DNA of 64,000 bases from Yuukianura sp. NJ FZ-2021 (lineage: Eukaryota). Numbering within the stretch: position 1 is the stretch's first letter; the number at the start of each line of letters is the position of its first letter. The position numbers were made by a program, and so were the translations under genes. The notes under the pieces are model-generated. The model did not search any database, was not told the DNA's origin, and saw only the letters and a program-made list of their open reading frames with translations. Positions 36,051-50,330 of the stretch are shown one piece after another. The stretch lies in assembly GCA_046563655.1 (NCBI GenBank), contig CM102284.1, forward strand, positions 5,456,001-5,520,000. The letters run 5' to 3'.

Positions 36051-39000
36051 ATGTACCGATCAAAAAAGCGTCGTGAGCAGCTTCAGACGTCGGTAACGTC
36101 CTTGAGCGGAGAGGGGGACATGGAGTTGGACACTGGCATGGCGTCAGAAGAACCCGACCTTGACGTATTCGTGGAACAGAGAACTTGGATGTCAAATGTC
36201 GAATCTAGTCATAGCCTTGCATTATCAAACCGTGACGAAGGTGACAACGTCGCCAGCAGCATTGTTAGCATTCCTTTGAATTCCCTGCATGAAGCCACTG
36301 GAGATGATTCTATTGCTGAAATCGACAATGATGAAGAAGATGACGACGCTGAGTTGAAAGAAGTCAAAGTTGTACAACCGACTACGACTGTGCAGCAACT
36401 GCTTAAACTTCCGCAGCAGTAAGTTAACAGCTTCAAAAAATTGAAAACTAAGTTTACCTTGTTCTATTTTTTGAAAATTAGAACACAAGCGGCTCAACCT
36501 AGCTTGTTAGTCAAGAGAATTCCAAGTCAGCGTTCTGCGCAAGACAGCAAAGAGTTCAAAGCTATGACCTTTGTCCCTTCCACTCGTTTTCTTGGTTCAG
36601 AATTCAATGAAAACGATTGGATAGAAAGTGATGATGGACTGTTCGTAGGAGCACCGCTGCCAGTATCTTCCAGGAATTTGAATCGCTTAAAAAACCGAAT
36701 TTGGCGGGAGGCTGGAGATGCCAGTCCCTGGTTTTGCGACAATGGAAACTTGACCATTTCCAGTCCATATCGTCCATATCCGCTTGAATTGTGCCAAGAC
36801 CTGGACGAAATGATGCAGAGACTAGTAATTTTTCGACCAGCAGAAATAAACCAAGTTCAATCTTTTCATCATCGACAGTTGGATCCTTACAGTCGCTATG
36901 AAATGACCTTGGAGATTGATGTTATTCGATTTTATCATCATCCCCTGTTTTCTAAAGAACATGTTTTGGCTGAGAAACTGAAAACTTCTTTCACGACTTA
37001 CGCCAAACGGTAAGTGAAAGCTGACTTTCACTTTTTGAATTTTTTGAAATTTTTGAAAAATTTTGCGTTCTAGGTTGGAAGAAAACCAAAGTGAACGATT
37101 TGAACAGCGATTGAAAGCGCTGAGAGACACTGTAAGGCATACCAAAAACATTGCATCGTCTGCGCAAGATCAGAAGACGTTTTCCCAGTTGCAGAAAAGA
37201 TTGGCAAAATACAGAACGGAAATGGATCATGTTCGAACGGAGAGAGACGAATCGTTCCGAATGGATAAATTGGCAATGAAGGCTGTTCTGGATACTTGGA
37301 CAAAGTTGAAGAAACTACGCCAAGAGCAACGTTAGTTCATTTTTGGAGAAAAATTTTTGGGAAATGAATTTTGGATTCGATTTCATTTTTTAGAATACTG
37401 CAGCACAGAAGTTCATCTTAAAATACTAAAGTTAGATGTGAACAAAATTAGAGAGAAAGAAATTTGGCAAGAAGAAATCGAAGAAGAATTTAAAGATTTA
37501 GAAGAAGCTTTTCAAGCAAATTTTGATCGTCAAATGCGAGTGTACCGTCGAAAGTTACGGCGCTGGAACAAAGGTCACCACCACCATCGTGTCCCAGCGG
37601 AGAAACCATTTGAAGGTGTCGGCGGAGACGCAGAAAGTTCGGGAAATGAAAGCACGACGGTGAACAAACCAATTCCACCGTCTCCGTTCCATGAAGCACG
37701 AGTTCGCGCAGAAATAAAGGAAAAGTAAGCACTTTCGTCAATAATTTGTTGAAAGTGTTGTGAATTTGAATATTTTAAATTTTGAAACTTAGATTTTCAG
37801 AACTGAAAAGACTTCCAGGAGAACCGAAACTTATTCTGGAACTGGAACGACAAGCGATTACTCCAACAGAAAAATTACCGTCGAATGCTTCCGGAGAAGT
37901 TAGAAGGAGGAAAAGTGTCGATTCTAGCAAAATCCAAATCCGCATTTGGTTTAACATGAAAACCGTAAACACGCTTCGTATTTTGAAATTTTCAAAAAAA
38001 AATGAATTTGAGATAACTTTTTGATTTCATTTGATTCCTTTTGTATTTGTACAGACTTACTCCTCTGAGAAGCGATCCCACAGTGCAGACTTCAGCGTTC
38101 CTGTGCAAGTGGCCTTGAAGCTTCCGATTCATGAAGTTCCGGAATGCCTTCACCTTGAACTTCGGCAGGACAGTCGATCGCTGCATGTCATTCAACTGCC
38201 AATTCCAGACTCTTCGACAGCCTTTGACAGGACCACTCCAGAAACGCTGAATTTTTCAACATCTGAAGACGAAGTGATAAAAATCGGGCATGGCGGCGTA
38301 GGAGCTGGAACCAAGTTTACAATTCTTTCCGATGTGAGCTGCTGGCAATTCTTAAAAAAAAATTTCGAAATTCTAATTTTTGAATTTCAAAATTTTCTAG
38401 ACCTATGATGGACTGCCTGTTACTGGAGACTTGACGATGCGCTTGGGATGGTCAGCAGGACCTGATGGTGTTTTGCTTTGTCCCAAAGGACTTGACGATG
38501 TCGAAACAAATCAACCACGACGCTACACTCCCAAGTTCGATCCGGGTACCGACAAATGGACTGTTCCGGATTCGGAACCGGATCCCAACGATCCCAAAAC
38601 TCCGCATCTTCATCAGGTCAGTTTTTAAACAACTCAGGAGTCCGCAAGGAGTAACTTTTGTCAAAACATCATAAAACTTAACATAAGACTTTTAATTTAT
38701 TTCCATAGGAAAAGAGTGACGAAAGAGATGAATTTGCAGTCGAATCGAAACCAACGTTGAGGCCTGACGAATTCTGTGACATGTCAGAAATTGAGAATTC
38801 GAGACGCCTGCGTCTCCTGTTTTTAAGAGATCAAGGCGTTCCGGAGTTTCGAAACATGAAGATGATTCCAGCATCGGAATCGGAAGTATCTCCTGATGTT
38901 TTCCAAGTAAACCCTGAATTTTCAAACAGTTCAAATCAATTTTTGTATAATTTTCATAAACAATGTTCTTCTTTTTTCTGAATTCATAGGAATATGAAAA

Positions 39001-41632
39001 GCGATTGGCAGCCGAAGCGACAAAAGACGGTGGTGAAATTTGGAAAGAAGCTCAAGAGAATCAACAAGATTTTAACGAATGGGATCGTTTGCAGCCCATC
39101 CGGGACTTGCGTACTCGTCTTCTGGAATCTTTTGAGAAACAAGCAAAACAAATTACATTTGAAGATGTAGTTTTTGAAGAACAGATTCCAGACATAGGTA
39201 CCCTGGGACTTAACATCATGTCGATTTTTCAACCGAAGCGACCTCTACGTCCTGTTCGGAAAGAACGTAAGAAAATTCAGACTACTCTGTTCTTGCACAC
39301 ACAAATTGAACTGGTGGTTAACATTGTCCGGGCTATAAATCTTCCGCTTCGGAAGGACTCGCACACGCAAACTTTGAGTAAGTTTTATTTGGGTTTGGAA
39401 TTTAACCAAGTTAGGTCAAAGTTCAAGATTTTGAAAATAATTTTTAGCGACAGAGGCTCTTACCGGAGTGAGTTTGTCCAGAAAAGGAGCCGGTACGGGA
39501 AACTGGGCTTACGGTGTCGTGAAACCGTTCGTTGAAGTTTGGTTTCAGCGAAAATTGTCACGAACAACGACAGCACTCGGACCAGATCCAACTTGGAATC
39601 AAGAACTCCAAATTCCGTTAACGTAAGTCAAATTCCCAAAATTGTATTTTTTTCCAATTTGAAAAAACTGAACTTGACCTTTGACCCATAGACTTGAAAA
39701 AGAAGACTACTCCGAATCAACTCCAAAGTTGAGTCGACTAGAAGAAGACATCTACTTGCAAGTTTATGATGAAGTGGCCATCGACCTTCTGGAAGACGAA
39801 CGACGCCGTGAAACAGACATTCATCAACGTCTTGAAAAAAGATGGCTCGGCTGTATTCGGATTCCTTTTGCAACTCTTTACCGGTCTGGTCGCGTAAGCT
39901 AAAAACAATTTTGTGAAAATCATAGCAAAAATTGGAAAGTTTCGTTTTTTTGAAAAAAGTGATTGAAAAAAGTGCCTTGTTCTTTACAGATTGAGGGAAC
40001 GTTTCCCCTGAACTGTCCACCAATTCTACTGGGCTATGAAGGAAAAGGCTCCGAAGGAATCACTGAAGCCTACTTGACGCTTTTCATCACTCTGCAACCA
40101 GCCATTTCTCCACCGCCAGTTTCAAATGTACGTGTAGAAACAATAATAACGATGCTACTACAGCAATTTAGATATCAAGGTCAAAGGTCAAATCTTTTGG
40201 TTGTAACTTTGTTTTTCGTTTCTTAGGAACTTTGTTCTGTGACTGGAGAAAGCAACGAGATGCTGGAACACGTCAAGGCGTGGATGAAAGAACTTGAAAA
40301 ATTTGGAAAAATCGTGAAGCCGTTTGTGCTGACCCCCACTGGGGACACGGTTCTGGCTCCTCGTTATTTGGCTCCAATTGAACCTCCAGAGGAACTTTTT
40401 CCATCAGGTTGAATTCAAAGTTCAAAAAACTTGTACTTTTTGACCAAAATTTTGCAAATACGTTTTTTTTAGATGAAGAGTTGACTTTGTTGGATAAAAT
40501 GAAGATTCTGGCTCACTACGTCTCGTTATTTCCTTCACTTCGATCTTCTTGCTTCAATGCGTACCAACATACGTTATGGTTTACTTCAGACGTAAGTACC
40601 AAAGCCAAGCACTGCTAAACCTAAACTAGAAATGCGCTGCCTAAATTTCATCGCTGACCGCATACAAATTGAATCAAATTATATCAACTAACAATTTTCT
40701 ATTCTACGTTCTGCTAGGTCTTTGTCAACACTCCGGGGGGCGGTCGAGAAGATCATTCAATTCTCCTTGGTTGTTTTTTCCTCCATCTTGGTCTGAAGAC
40801 GTTCATTGTCCAAGGAGAGTCCATCGATGGACCAACGACTCAACTGCTAACGTTATTCAAAAAGTCAGAAGATTTTGGCACCATGTCGAAACAACCACTG
40901 CTTTGGAATCCAACCACCGGAACGCATGCGCGGGCAACTCATGTCCACAGTGCACTCCAATCGGTTTCAACAGCCATCGGACAGTATAACGTAAGTTCAT
41001 AACTTGTCTAAAACTAATCAAAATTTTGCGAAACTCTGACTTTCTAAAGCTAACTTTCGTTTTAAATATTTCAGATGTGGGGAAACATCAGTACGAAGCA
41101 ACGACCGGACGAATTGGATTGGGAAATTGAAAAAAGCAAAGACTGGTTACCACTTTTTCCCAAGCCAATCACAGAAGCAAAGCTTCCGAGACTTCAGATG
41201 AATCCAATCACATTCAGCGAAAGCGATGAAATGGAGGGAAATCGCTTAAGTCAAAAAATTGAGCGACACTTGCGTGAAAGTTTCATGAAATGGAGACAGT
41301 CTCGTACAACGTGGAATCGCTACTCAAGTACAAAGTTGCGCAACCTCCTTCCGCTTCTGGAGCAGCGTCGAATCGACAGCAGTCCATCGCTGGTCCAAGA
41401 TGAACATCTTGGTGAACTCAAAGAAATTGTCAAATCATTTGAAATGACTGGATTTCCATTGCACCAGCCCTATTCAACGCTGGATTCGATCATTGAAACT
41501 GTGTATTCAACTGGACTGCATACCATTGACACTCCGGATGTCCAGTTTGCACTGGGAGCTTATGTCAAATCATATCCAGCATCTATATTTTCACTTTGGG
41601 TGTACATTGCAGCGTTGCATCCAATTAAGTAA
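36051..41632 (+). CDS. CC2D2A: Coiled-coil and C2 domain-containing protein 2A (MKS6), multi-exon
   Basis: [61 protein letters not shown]2 domain with WLGCIRIPF, and C-terminal [25 protein letters not shown]. Confidence 0.95.
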
Positions 41633-41690
41633 TTAGTTTACTCTTTTTTGGAATAGTAAATCATGATTTTTAGCAAGAGTTTTAGACTTT

Positions 41691-43965
41691 TTAAAAATAA
41701 CGTGCATCTTCCTCTGCACAACATGAACATGACTGGACACGGGCTTTGTGGCGGTAAGTGCATCGCTCAGAATCGAATTCCACGAATTCCCTTGGATTGA
41801 ATCCAAGCGATTCCACGGTATGGAGGATTCCGTCTTTCGTTTTGTCTGAAAGTGTTGTGCCTGGAGCAACCCAGAGAGTCCATGATGCTGGAATTGCACC
41901 GGAATTTAGACATTGGTAGGTCAGAATCCAAGACAAATTGTCACTTTTGATTCCATAGTTTCGATAAGACAGCGCTGCAAAAAATGGAAATTTGAAATTG
42001 ACCTTTGACCTTGAACAGACAACTGCTGAAGTACTTTTCGCAAGCTTACCTGGTGACGATTTTGAAATACACTCCAATATCCATTCTTGATTAGCTGCAT
42101 AAGAACAACTAAAGTCATTAGAAACTGAATCTCCGTGACCAAGATGTTGAGAACTGTTTGTTGCGTAGTTCAGCCGAAGGCGAAGACAGTTTGGACCTCG
42201 GGGAGAATAGTAGCTGTTGATGTTAACTTTTTGGTCTAAAGATTGACGATAGATTTCAGCAACTCTAGGATGAGCCATTATCACATCAAAAAATTCGATT
42301 CCTTCATGATTTGATGAAGATTCCTACAAAAATTGAAAAAAGTTGACTTTACTACGCTAGTTTTTTTGAAACTTTTCGAAATTTTGGTTTAGAAAATGTT
42401 AGACTAGTTTACCCAAGTGTATCTTCTCAAAAATGAAGACGGCGGAGAACATTTTGGAAAAAGCGCAGTCGCAGAGCCAACCGCTTCCGTCTCTACTTCG
42501 ACTTCTTCTTCCGATTGAGCTTGCTGCTGCGGTAGCTTGTCCGAAAGGCAACGCTGATAATCCGTTTCTTTGTACTGATTGGAATTGAATCCCAATGTTT
42601 CAATGTGTTGAAGAATCTCGCGTTTGAGATACGCTGGAAGTTGTTCAATGGAGTTTGTAAAAGTGAACCATTCCAGGCGTCCACCTTCCCAACAGTGGTA
42701 ACCTACCAAGTAACTCTTGTTGTCCGATTTTGTAAAATAGGTTCGAAAAGATTCATCTAGAAAAACATTTCCAAAGATGAAATATTTTGAGATTTACAAT
42801 TTAAAATTTCCGAAAAACTGGTTTTTGGTGAAAACCTGTTGGATCACCAGGATTGCACTCAAGAGCAAACTTTTGTTGTCCGTTTAACAATCTGCACTGG
42901 AAATGGAATGCAAACTCTTCTTTGTCTGACCCACGCGTCGTGACGACAGAGGTAAGATCGTTCCAATTCAAGCTTGTTGTCATGCACAGGTCTTCGTCAG
43001 CTGCACTTTGACCTTGACTAACCTTGTTTCCTCTGGTGGTGGCTTGTACAAAATTGGAGGTCATTTCAGAGTGACTAAGAGGCTTGTAAAATACTTCACT
43101 TTCGCGGTTTGTAAAGGCTGGTGAATCCTGAAAAGTTAACAAAATTGCTCAGAACTAGCCCCATATAGACTGAATTTCCACCTAATTCAACATTGTCTGT
43201 GATTGGTTCCTGTCTTACCCAATTGAGGTTGAGTACATGGCGTGGAGGCGTGCAAGTAGCGAAGCTGAATCGCTGCGGTGGAAGATTCCATACAGGCGGA
43301 GTACTTATTGGTGTAGCGACTTGCACTGGAGCATGGTTTTGGGGGAATCTCGGGATTTGTGGGACGTGGAATTCAATTGGATGTGGCACAATGAATGTAG
43401 GTGGCAGTGAATGGAACGTAGTGGTGACGTTATAAGTTGATTTGTACTCTGATTGATGCTTTTGATTAATTTCGATTCTACGGTCAGGACTGGGCTGAGA
43501 TGAGACGAATATCAACGGCGGAGCCACTGGAGGCACAATTCTTGAAACGACGCTTGCAACTACAGTTGGTGGCTTCTCGGTTTGGATTTGTCCAGCAGGA
43601 GCCAAATCTTCTTCGCTTTCCGACCGCTCAATCGCTTTCACTGGCGCTGGTGGAACATAGTTTTGCGACGGTTCGTGTGGCTTCCACGTCGTACTACTAG
43701 CTGGAGGTGGTCCATTATTTTCTGACGGCAGTGGTGGTGGGATCGATTCGGGAGTTGAAGCAGGAGGCGGGACGTAGTTTAGTGGAGGTGGATTAATTAT
43801 AGCAGGTTTTGGTGGCTCTTGCCACCCAGCATGTATTGGGAGTGGAGCTTCCGTCGGCGGGGGAGTTGCACTTATGCTGAATCCAGAAGGGTGGATTCCC
43901 TCTGATGGTTTCGATTCACAAATCGCCAGCGAAAGAAGCAAAACAGCAACCAAATTTTGCATCAT
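41691..43965 (-). CDS. Secreted protein with a Pro-rich N-terminus and two tandem lipocalin/calycin-like domains (about 5 exons)
   Basis: Signal peptide and about 230 aa of Pro-rich sequence. Two internal repeats end KSDNKSYLVGYHC..W..EILQHIETLGFN..DYQRC and KSDNLSWILTYQC..W..GILHTVESLGFN..DSERC. Confidence 0.7.
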
Positions 43966-44936
43966 TTCTATAAAAAAAAAGAGAAGTTTTTAGTCTTCCT
44001 GGATGTAATTTTGGATTTCAAAAGTTTAGAATTTTCAACTTACTAAAAGAGTCGAGAAACTTTAGCACAGCAGAATTGTACAAGGTGACCCCAACCGCCG
44101 AATCTAGAATGAACTAAAATTGTTTAAAATCAACTTATTTTAGTGCATTTTTACTTTTTCCATTTCATTCACACCTTTTTCCATAAAAAGTCTACCATTT
44201 CAGTACCACAAACTGGTTCTGTGTTGCGCACCTGAATTCATCGTGTTCTTCCAAACCAATAATTCATGTCCACTTTACGTAAGTAACCATGATGTGCCAG
44301 ACAGCTATCTTTCTTGTCCTTCTTGCACAAAGGACAAGAAAAGTTGTACTTTACATACATAATTTGGCAAATCTTTTAAATCTTAATGATTAAACTCAAA
44401 GTTTGGGTTAAAAAGATGCTCATTTGCTTGTCTACCTTTCCAAAATTATGTAAATCCTGCAAATTATAATTTGGCCTTTGAAGTTTAGTTTGTAGGTTCA
44501 TTGTGAATGCTAAATTCGTAATGAACCAGTTTCTCTCTCAAATAGAACGACAGATTTTGTAAAAATTTAAACACAAAAATAATTTTATTTGACTCAAGCT
44601 TAAGAGGATTGTCTTGTTGCTCGTTGTAAATAGTGATTTTTGCCATAATTAATTAAATGAGAGGGTTTAAATGGCAGGCACTAGTTGCGTGCAAAAAAAA
44701 AAGATTCTGTATCTTCAGATCGTTAATAGCTAAGAGCAAGACGGCATCTGTACTAATGAATACTAAGTTGTCCATAATGGCTATTCAGTTCTAAATGTAC
44801 TTCAAATACATTTGGAAGACAAGTTTCAGTAAACCTGCGCATCAACTTTTCTAAATCTCAAAACTGAGTCACATAATGTGACTCGACTCACATTAGTTGA
44901 GCTAAACCTCTCAGAAAAAAATTATAAATGCATTTT

Positions 44937-47384
44937 TTACAGTTCGACGAGGATGCCTACTGGGACCCCCGTTGCCGATGACACGTCGTTTTCCAGCTCA
45001 CGTTTATTTGGAGAGGTTAGAGAAGTCCCCAAAGCGTTGTTAGGATTTGAAATAATGATGGGTGCAACAGCTACTGGTGGCTCAGGCTGATCCACCTTCA
45101 GTCCAGCCAATCCTTGGCGAATCAACATGTCAGCAATGTTATTGTCCTGCAATGCAATAGAGAACAGAGTGAACAAATTTGCGACGTTCTACAACTTTCT
45201 GTCATGAACTGTAGAGCATATCGCAATGTAGAACTCGTCTTACGTTAACATTTTCGAACTGACTTTGTGATTTTTACCTCTTCATCGTAAAGCTCAATCC
45301 AGATCATATGTTGCTCGCGATTTGCGTCGGAAGCATCTTTTAAGTAGTAACCCAGCACCTTGGCTTTCATATTTATCCATGTAGCACATTTGGTAAGAAG
45401 GTAAGTAGTATTGATTGCTTCATCTGACCACTTTTCATCTAGGCACCTACACAAGCACATCGTGTTTAGTAAATCACTGAAATTGTATAGTAAATGAGGA
45501 CTTACTCTAGATTGAGCGTGGCGAGAATCGCTTGAAACCGAAGTTTAAGGAACTCGGCTTTCAAAGGTTGCAAATCCGTGACTTTGCATAAGCGTTTGTC
45601 TCCATAGTCAACGTATAAAACTTCTGTGGATCCACTGCCCAAGGATAAAATCTTTGCTCGGTAACTGAATAAACAACAACAGATTTTTGGTACTTTTTAA
45701 AAACTCAACCTGACTTGTCGAATAACTAATTAGATGAAGTCTGATTTGTACTAACGCTCTGTCATCAATGAATTTAGCTGCTACAATGTCCCCAACTTGA
45801 AACTTGGACACTTCACATGGAGCCCAATTTTTTCGGTAGTGCTCTGTCATTTCAGTACACAACTTGTCAAGTAGAATTGCTTCGTGATTCGATACTATTA
45901 TTCAAAAAAAAATATTCAAAAGTAAGAAGTTGGTTTGATTAACGTTGAAAATTTTGGAGTTTACCTTGGACGTAGAGCTCGTTTGGATGGTATACACACG
46001 ACACATACACTTCCATTGTACTGTCCTGACGAAGACTTGGAAGACTTCTACCATCTGACCGAATTGGAGTAACTACTGGTGCACTTGCGTCCGGACTTTT
46101 GCTAACGCCGTTAACCTGACTGCTTTGTGACGAAGATGCTCCTGGTTGTGGTGACACTGATTGCACAGGAAGTCTTGGAACTCGACGGTCGCTTCTTGTC
46201 TTTGTGCTTTCCAAAATTCTTGCTCTCAAAGTGGCGTCCTTCTCAACTTCGTTGTTGATCAGTTTTCGAGCGAGAGCAATCTGTTCTTCTGTGCCTTTGA
46301 TGATAATCTTCCTCATATTTCTGTCAACAGGCTTTGGAGGTTCATAGTCATCATCTGGAACAGAAGATTATATTTTTAAAGTACTGATCACTGGGAAGAG
46401 GGTGGCACGCAATGGTATACCGGTAAATAGCTTGTTTCCTTCGATAGGAGAATCGCGAGGAATATCAAGGCGTGCATGGCTTTGGTCCTGAATTGCCCGA
46501 ATATTCTCCCCTTGATGTCCAATAATTTTTCCGACAACGTGTTCTGGTACTTCTATTTCGGCACGAGTAATCACCGGCTGATAATACACAAAACGAATTA
46601 ATGGAAATGCAATATACTTACTAAATCAAAAGAGGTTGATGGCTTACAAGAGACATTATGTGTTTCCGAATTTTATTTTCAGCCAATGAAACCGCTTCTG
46701 GAGTTCCAGTGATAGTGTAAACCCTGTCTCCATTTTCCAATACTAAGAAAATCATCAAAGATGTCACCTTTCTAATTGCAAATAAGTTAAATGTTACGAA
46801 TGATTGCAGAAGATCTATAAAACCTACCTTCTCCCCTTGGTGCAATTCGTGTATTCGTTTCTTTTTGAAGTTTTCGAATATTTGTTCCACCTTTTCCGAT
46901 AAGCGAACCAACAACTTCTCGAGAAATTGTCATTTCAAAAGTGATACATCGTTCTTGCATTTTCGGAACCTTTTTTCCATTGGAACGAGTACAGATTTCA
47001 CTTTCATCTGTTCCGTTTTCCTGCGCTGCTTGTTTCACCAACGTTTTCTGGTCTTTAGGTTCTTCCGACACAACTTCTTCCTTCTTATTTGCCGGCGTTG
47101 ATTTAAGCTCTAAAAGCATACAGAACATTTAATAAAACGATAGTTTTATAACGTTCGTAAATACGGACTAATGGCAAAATCAAAACTTGGGTGTACTACT
47201 CACTTTCGTCGCGTGCAGATTGCTCATTCTTTTTCTTACTTCCAGCGAAGCCCCTAAGTCTGTCTTCAATTGCCTGTTGACGCTTCTTTTTCTGCCAATA
47301 CAATATTAAAATTCCAGCGGCCGTTGCAACTCCCACAGCCGTAGCTAGTCCGATCGCCAGCCTAGGTACTTTTGACGACGACAT
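44937..47384 (-). CDS. TDRKH: Tudor and KH domain-containing protein (papi), piRNA pathway
   Basis: N-terminal TM anchor, two KH domains (IGKGG, IGHQG) and an extended Tudor domain (VYVSCVYHP, YRAKI, YVDYGD). Confidence 0.92.
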
Positions 47385-48530
47385 TGTAAAGCCACCCGAA
47401 CGTGAGTCCGGAAACCTGTCACATAACGAAAAGTTACCAAATGATTCAAAGATTCAATCAGTGCTCCAAATATGTTGCGCCTTCATTGCAGTCCCTCACC
47501 CAGTTCGTCGATCGTTGCGTTCAGGACTACGTGTTTTTGAACGTTGTAAGTGTCGTAAGGGGTAGTCCAGTCCGTCTCCGTGTCTAATGTACAATGTGTG
47601 ACAGTGGGTGTTCTCGTTCCCTTACTGACACAAAGTTCATCTGGGGCGGATTATAATGTCTTACAATGTTAAAATTGCAAGCGTTAAAAGCACGTTTATC
47701 ATCGATTAACAAACAGAAAACTCGATGCTGGTAAGGTAAAGATTAAAATTCGCAATGTTTTGATACAATTCTTGGGAAGTTGCAGTACGTTATAAGCCAC
47801 ACTTTGTTACGTTTTTACGTCCAATAATTCCATAATTCCATGCTATAAAATACACACCCATTTTTAATTCAATATCAATATGGCTGTAACCATCCTTGAA
47901 AATAGCGTTAATTTTAGCAACAATTAATCAAACTGAACTAGAGCTAGCAGCCAAATGAGACATGTTGATAGGGTATTGGCTCCACTTTGGTTACAATAGG
48001 TGACCCGATTCCTTACGCCAACCGCATGGACCGAGAAAAATTTAAGCACACGTCGGACACCCATTGCACACTGCTGTGGGCATGCCAAGTTTTCAATACA
48101 TTTGAAGCATCCTAATCGTAGGATTGTATTTGTAGAAGTGTGTTATACAAGCGACCAAAAATGGATTTACTAATTTTATATAATTGAGCATTTTAATAAT
48201 TAATTAGTTGCTAATTTAGCAAAATGGAGCATAATTTACTGGAGGTTGTGGCACAATGTGGATGGTGGTTTGATATGCTGTGTCCGACACATTCGTGTGT
48301 TTATCCACAGCACCGGGCGCATGCGAAGTAGCAACTACAAATTTTGGATTTTTAGAAGTCAAAAAAATATAAACAAAGACAAAAGTTACAATTTTTAATT
48401 TTTGAGTGTTTCGGTTTATCAATTTCTTTGCTTCTTCGTCTTACGTTGTTTTAATTAATTAATTAGCATGTAGCGGTTCCTTTTCCAGAAAGGTTGCTCT
48501 ATTTTTGGATCTGGACGCTGGAATTGAATA

Positions 48531-49691
48531 ATGGAACGACATCGACAACGTCAACACAGCAACAGCGATTACAGTAGTAGTGATAGGAATAGAAGTCAAG
48601 ATGTTTCATTGCTGGATTCGGCGAATCCGCCTAGAGAAAATCCGCCTAACGTTCTTTTAGATTACACCCAGTTTCGAGACAATGAATTTACAACTATTCG
48701 TTTTATATTTGAATGTGGTAGGTACGCTACTTCACTCACAGCCCGCTGCGCTGGATGACGCTTTTGATTTTTGTAGAACATTGTAATTGTAAGACTTTAG
48801 ATTCTATGCATGTTGTAGGGACGAAACTCGGAGCACTACCGATGACGATATCAACGGCTGCCATTTTACTACATCGGTTCAGAGCGGAGTCTGCGAAGGA
48901 GAAAGATTATGATATTTACGTAAGCTAAGACTATGAGTGGCGAGAATTTACCGGTTAATCATTGTATCATTTTTGGTTTTTAGCTAATAGCTTCATCCTG
49001 TCTTTACTTGGCTGGGAAAATCGAGTCCCAATTGCTGAAAATCAGAGACGTCATCAACGTAACTAGGGTCACTCTTCACCGCAACAGTACACCGCTGGAA
49101 CTTGGAGAGGCATACTGGGCTGCCCGCGAATCCATTGTACAGGCTGAACTGCTTTTAATCCGAATACTAAAATTTGATCTTACAATCCAGCATCCACAAA
49201 AGGTAAACACTAAAGATGATCTGTTTTTTGGAAAGTATTGAAAGAACCTTTTGTTTCTTGTAAGTTCCTTGTCCATTATTTACGAACACTGGAAGAACTG
49301 ATGGGCAGTGAAGAGTGGACTAGGGTACCAGTTCCACGGACGGCATGGGCAATAGTCCAGGATTTTCATCATGACAGTTCCATTATTAAGTATCCTCCTC
49401 AGGCCATTGCAATTGGTGCAATAGAACTAGCACTGTCCGTATTCGGCTGTACTGTTCCCCTTTGCATCACAGAGGGAAAGAACAGTTGGCAGTCGGTAAG
49501 TGCTACGCTTATAATTTATTGGAGTTTAATTTTCACTTTGAAATGTGAATTTTAATTTACAGATATTCTATTCAAGTTTTAATAAATCACAACATGCCGA
49601 GGTGATGCTGAAGATGCTCAATTTATATGACGTGGAGCTAAGCATCCTACGAGAAACTCTGTTTTCGGGAAACCCTAAAGATTCCAAATAG
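48531..49691 (+). CDS. CCNQ: Cyclin-Q (FAM58A/cyclin M, CDK10 partner), 5 exons
   Basis: RFIFEC|GTKL, TAAIYYHRF, LYLAGKIE..KIRDVINV, YW..RESIVQAELLLIRILKF..HP. Confidence 0.9.
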
Positions 49692-50330
49692 AATTCAAGC
49701 TGTAAAGCATCTTTCTACTTACGCTCCGCTGTTAAATAAAGATTCTAATTTAAACGTTTTCGTTAAGTTTCTAGTAATTAAGTTGGTAAGAATTTCGCAT
49801 TATGACAGGAGATGTGAATGCGAATAACACGAGCCGCTAGTTACAGGAAAGCAAAAAAAAATATAATGCGGAATATTAGCGCGGCAAAGTTCAAAATGTA
49901 TTTGTTGTTTTTGAGAATTTTTTTTTGCCAACCTTTTCCCGTTGCCGTTTTATGTGGTGAAAAGACAAGAGTACAAAAAATTAGGTAGGGCCTCCTTGTC
50001 CTTATCCTTTGCAATCGACTGGTAACTCAAGATCGATTAGTCATTTAGATTAACAGATAACATAATCAACGCAATGGATTTGTAAGTGGAACGATTAGTC
50101 AAGGACTTGGGAGCGGTTCGCAACAGCGTTCGAGGGGTCGGACATTGCCTGGGTCATCTCCGCAGTCACCCATCGGAATCGGATCCTCCGACGTGAGATT
50201 AACCTCGAAATTGGTTGCAGATTCCTTTCATTCCTTATTTCTCCAGTTCCTAAAAAATTGACATACCTTACCAAACAACCAGATCTCGAAAAGATACGGA
50301 AAACGTGACCGACGAAGACTTTTCGAAGAA

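Noticed and set aside
47990..48120. GC-richer patch between TDRKH and CCNQ as a possible ncRNA
   Set aside because: No tRNA, snRNA or snoRNA motifs or convincing structure were recognised.
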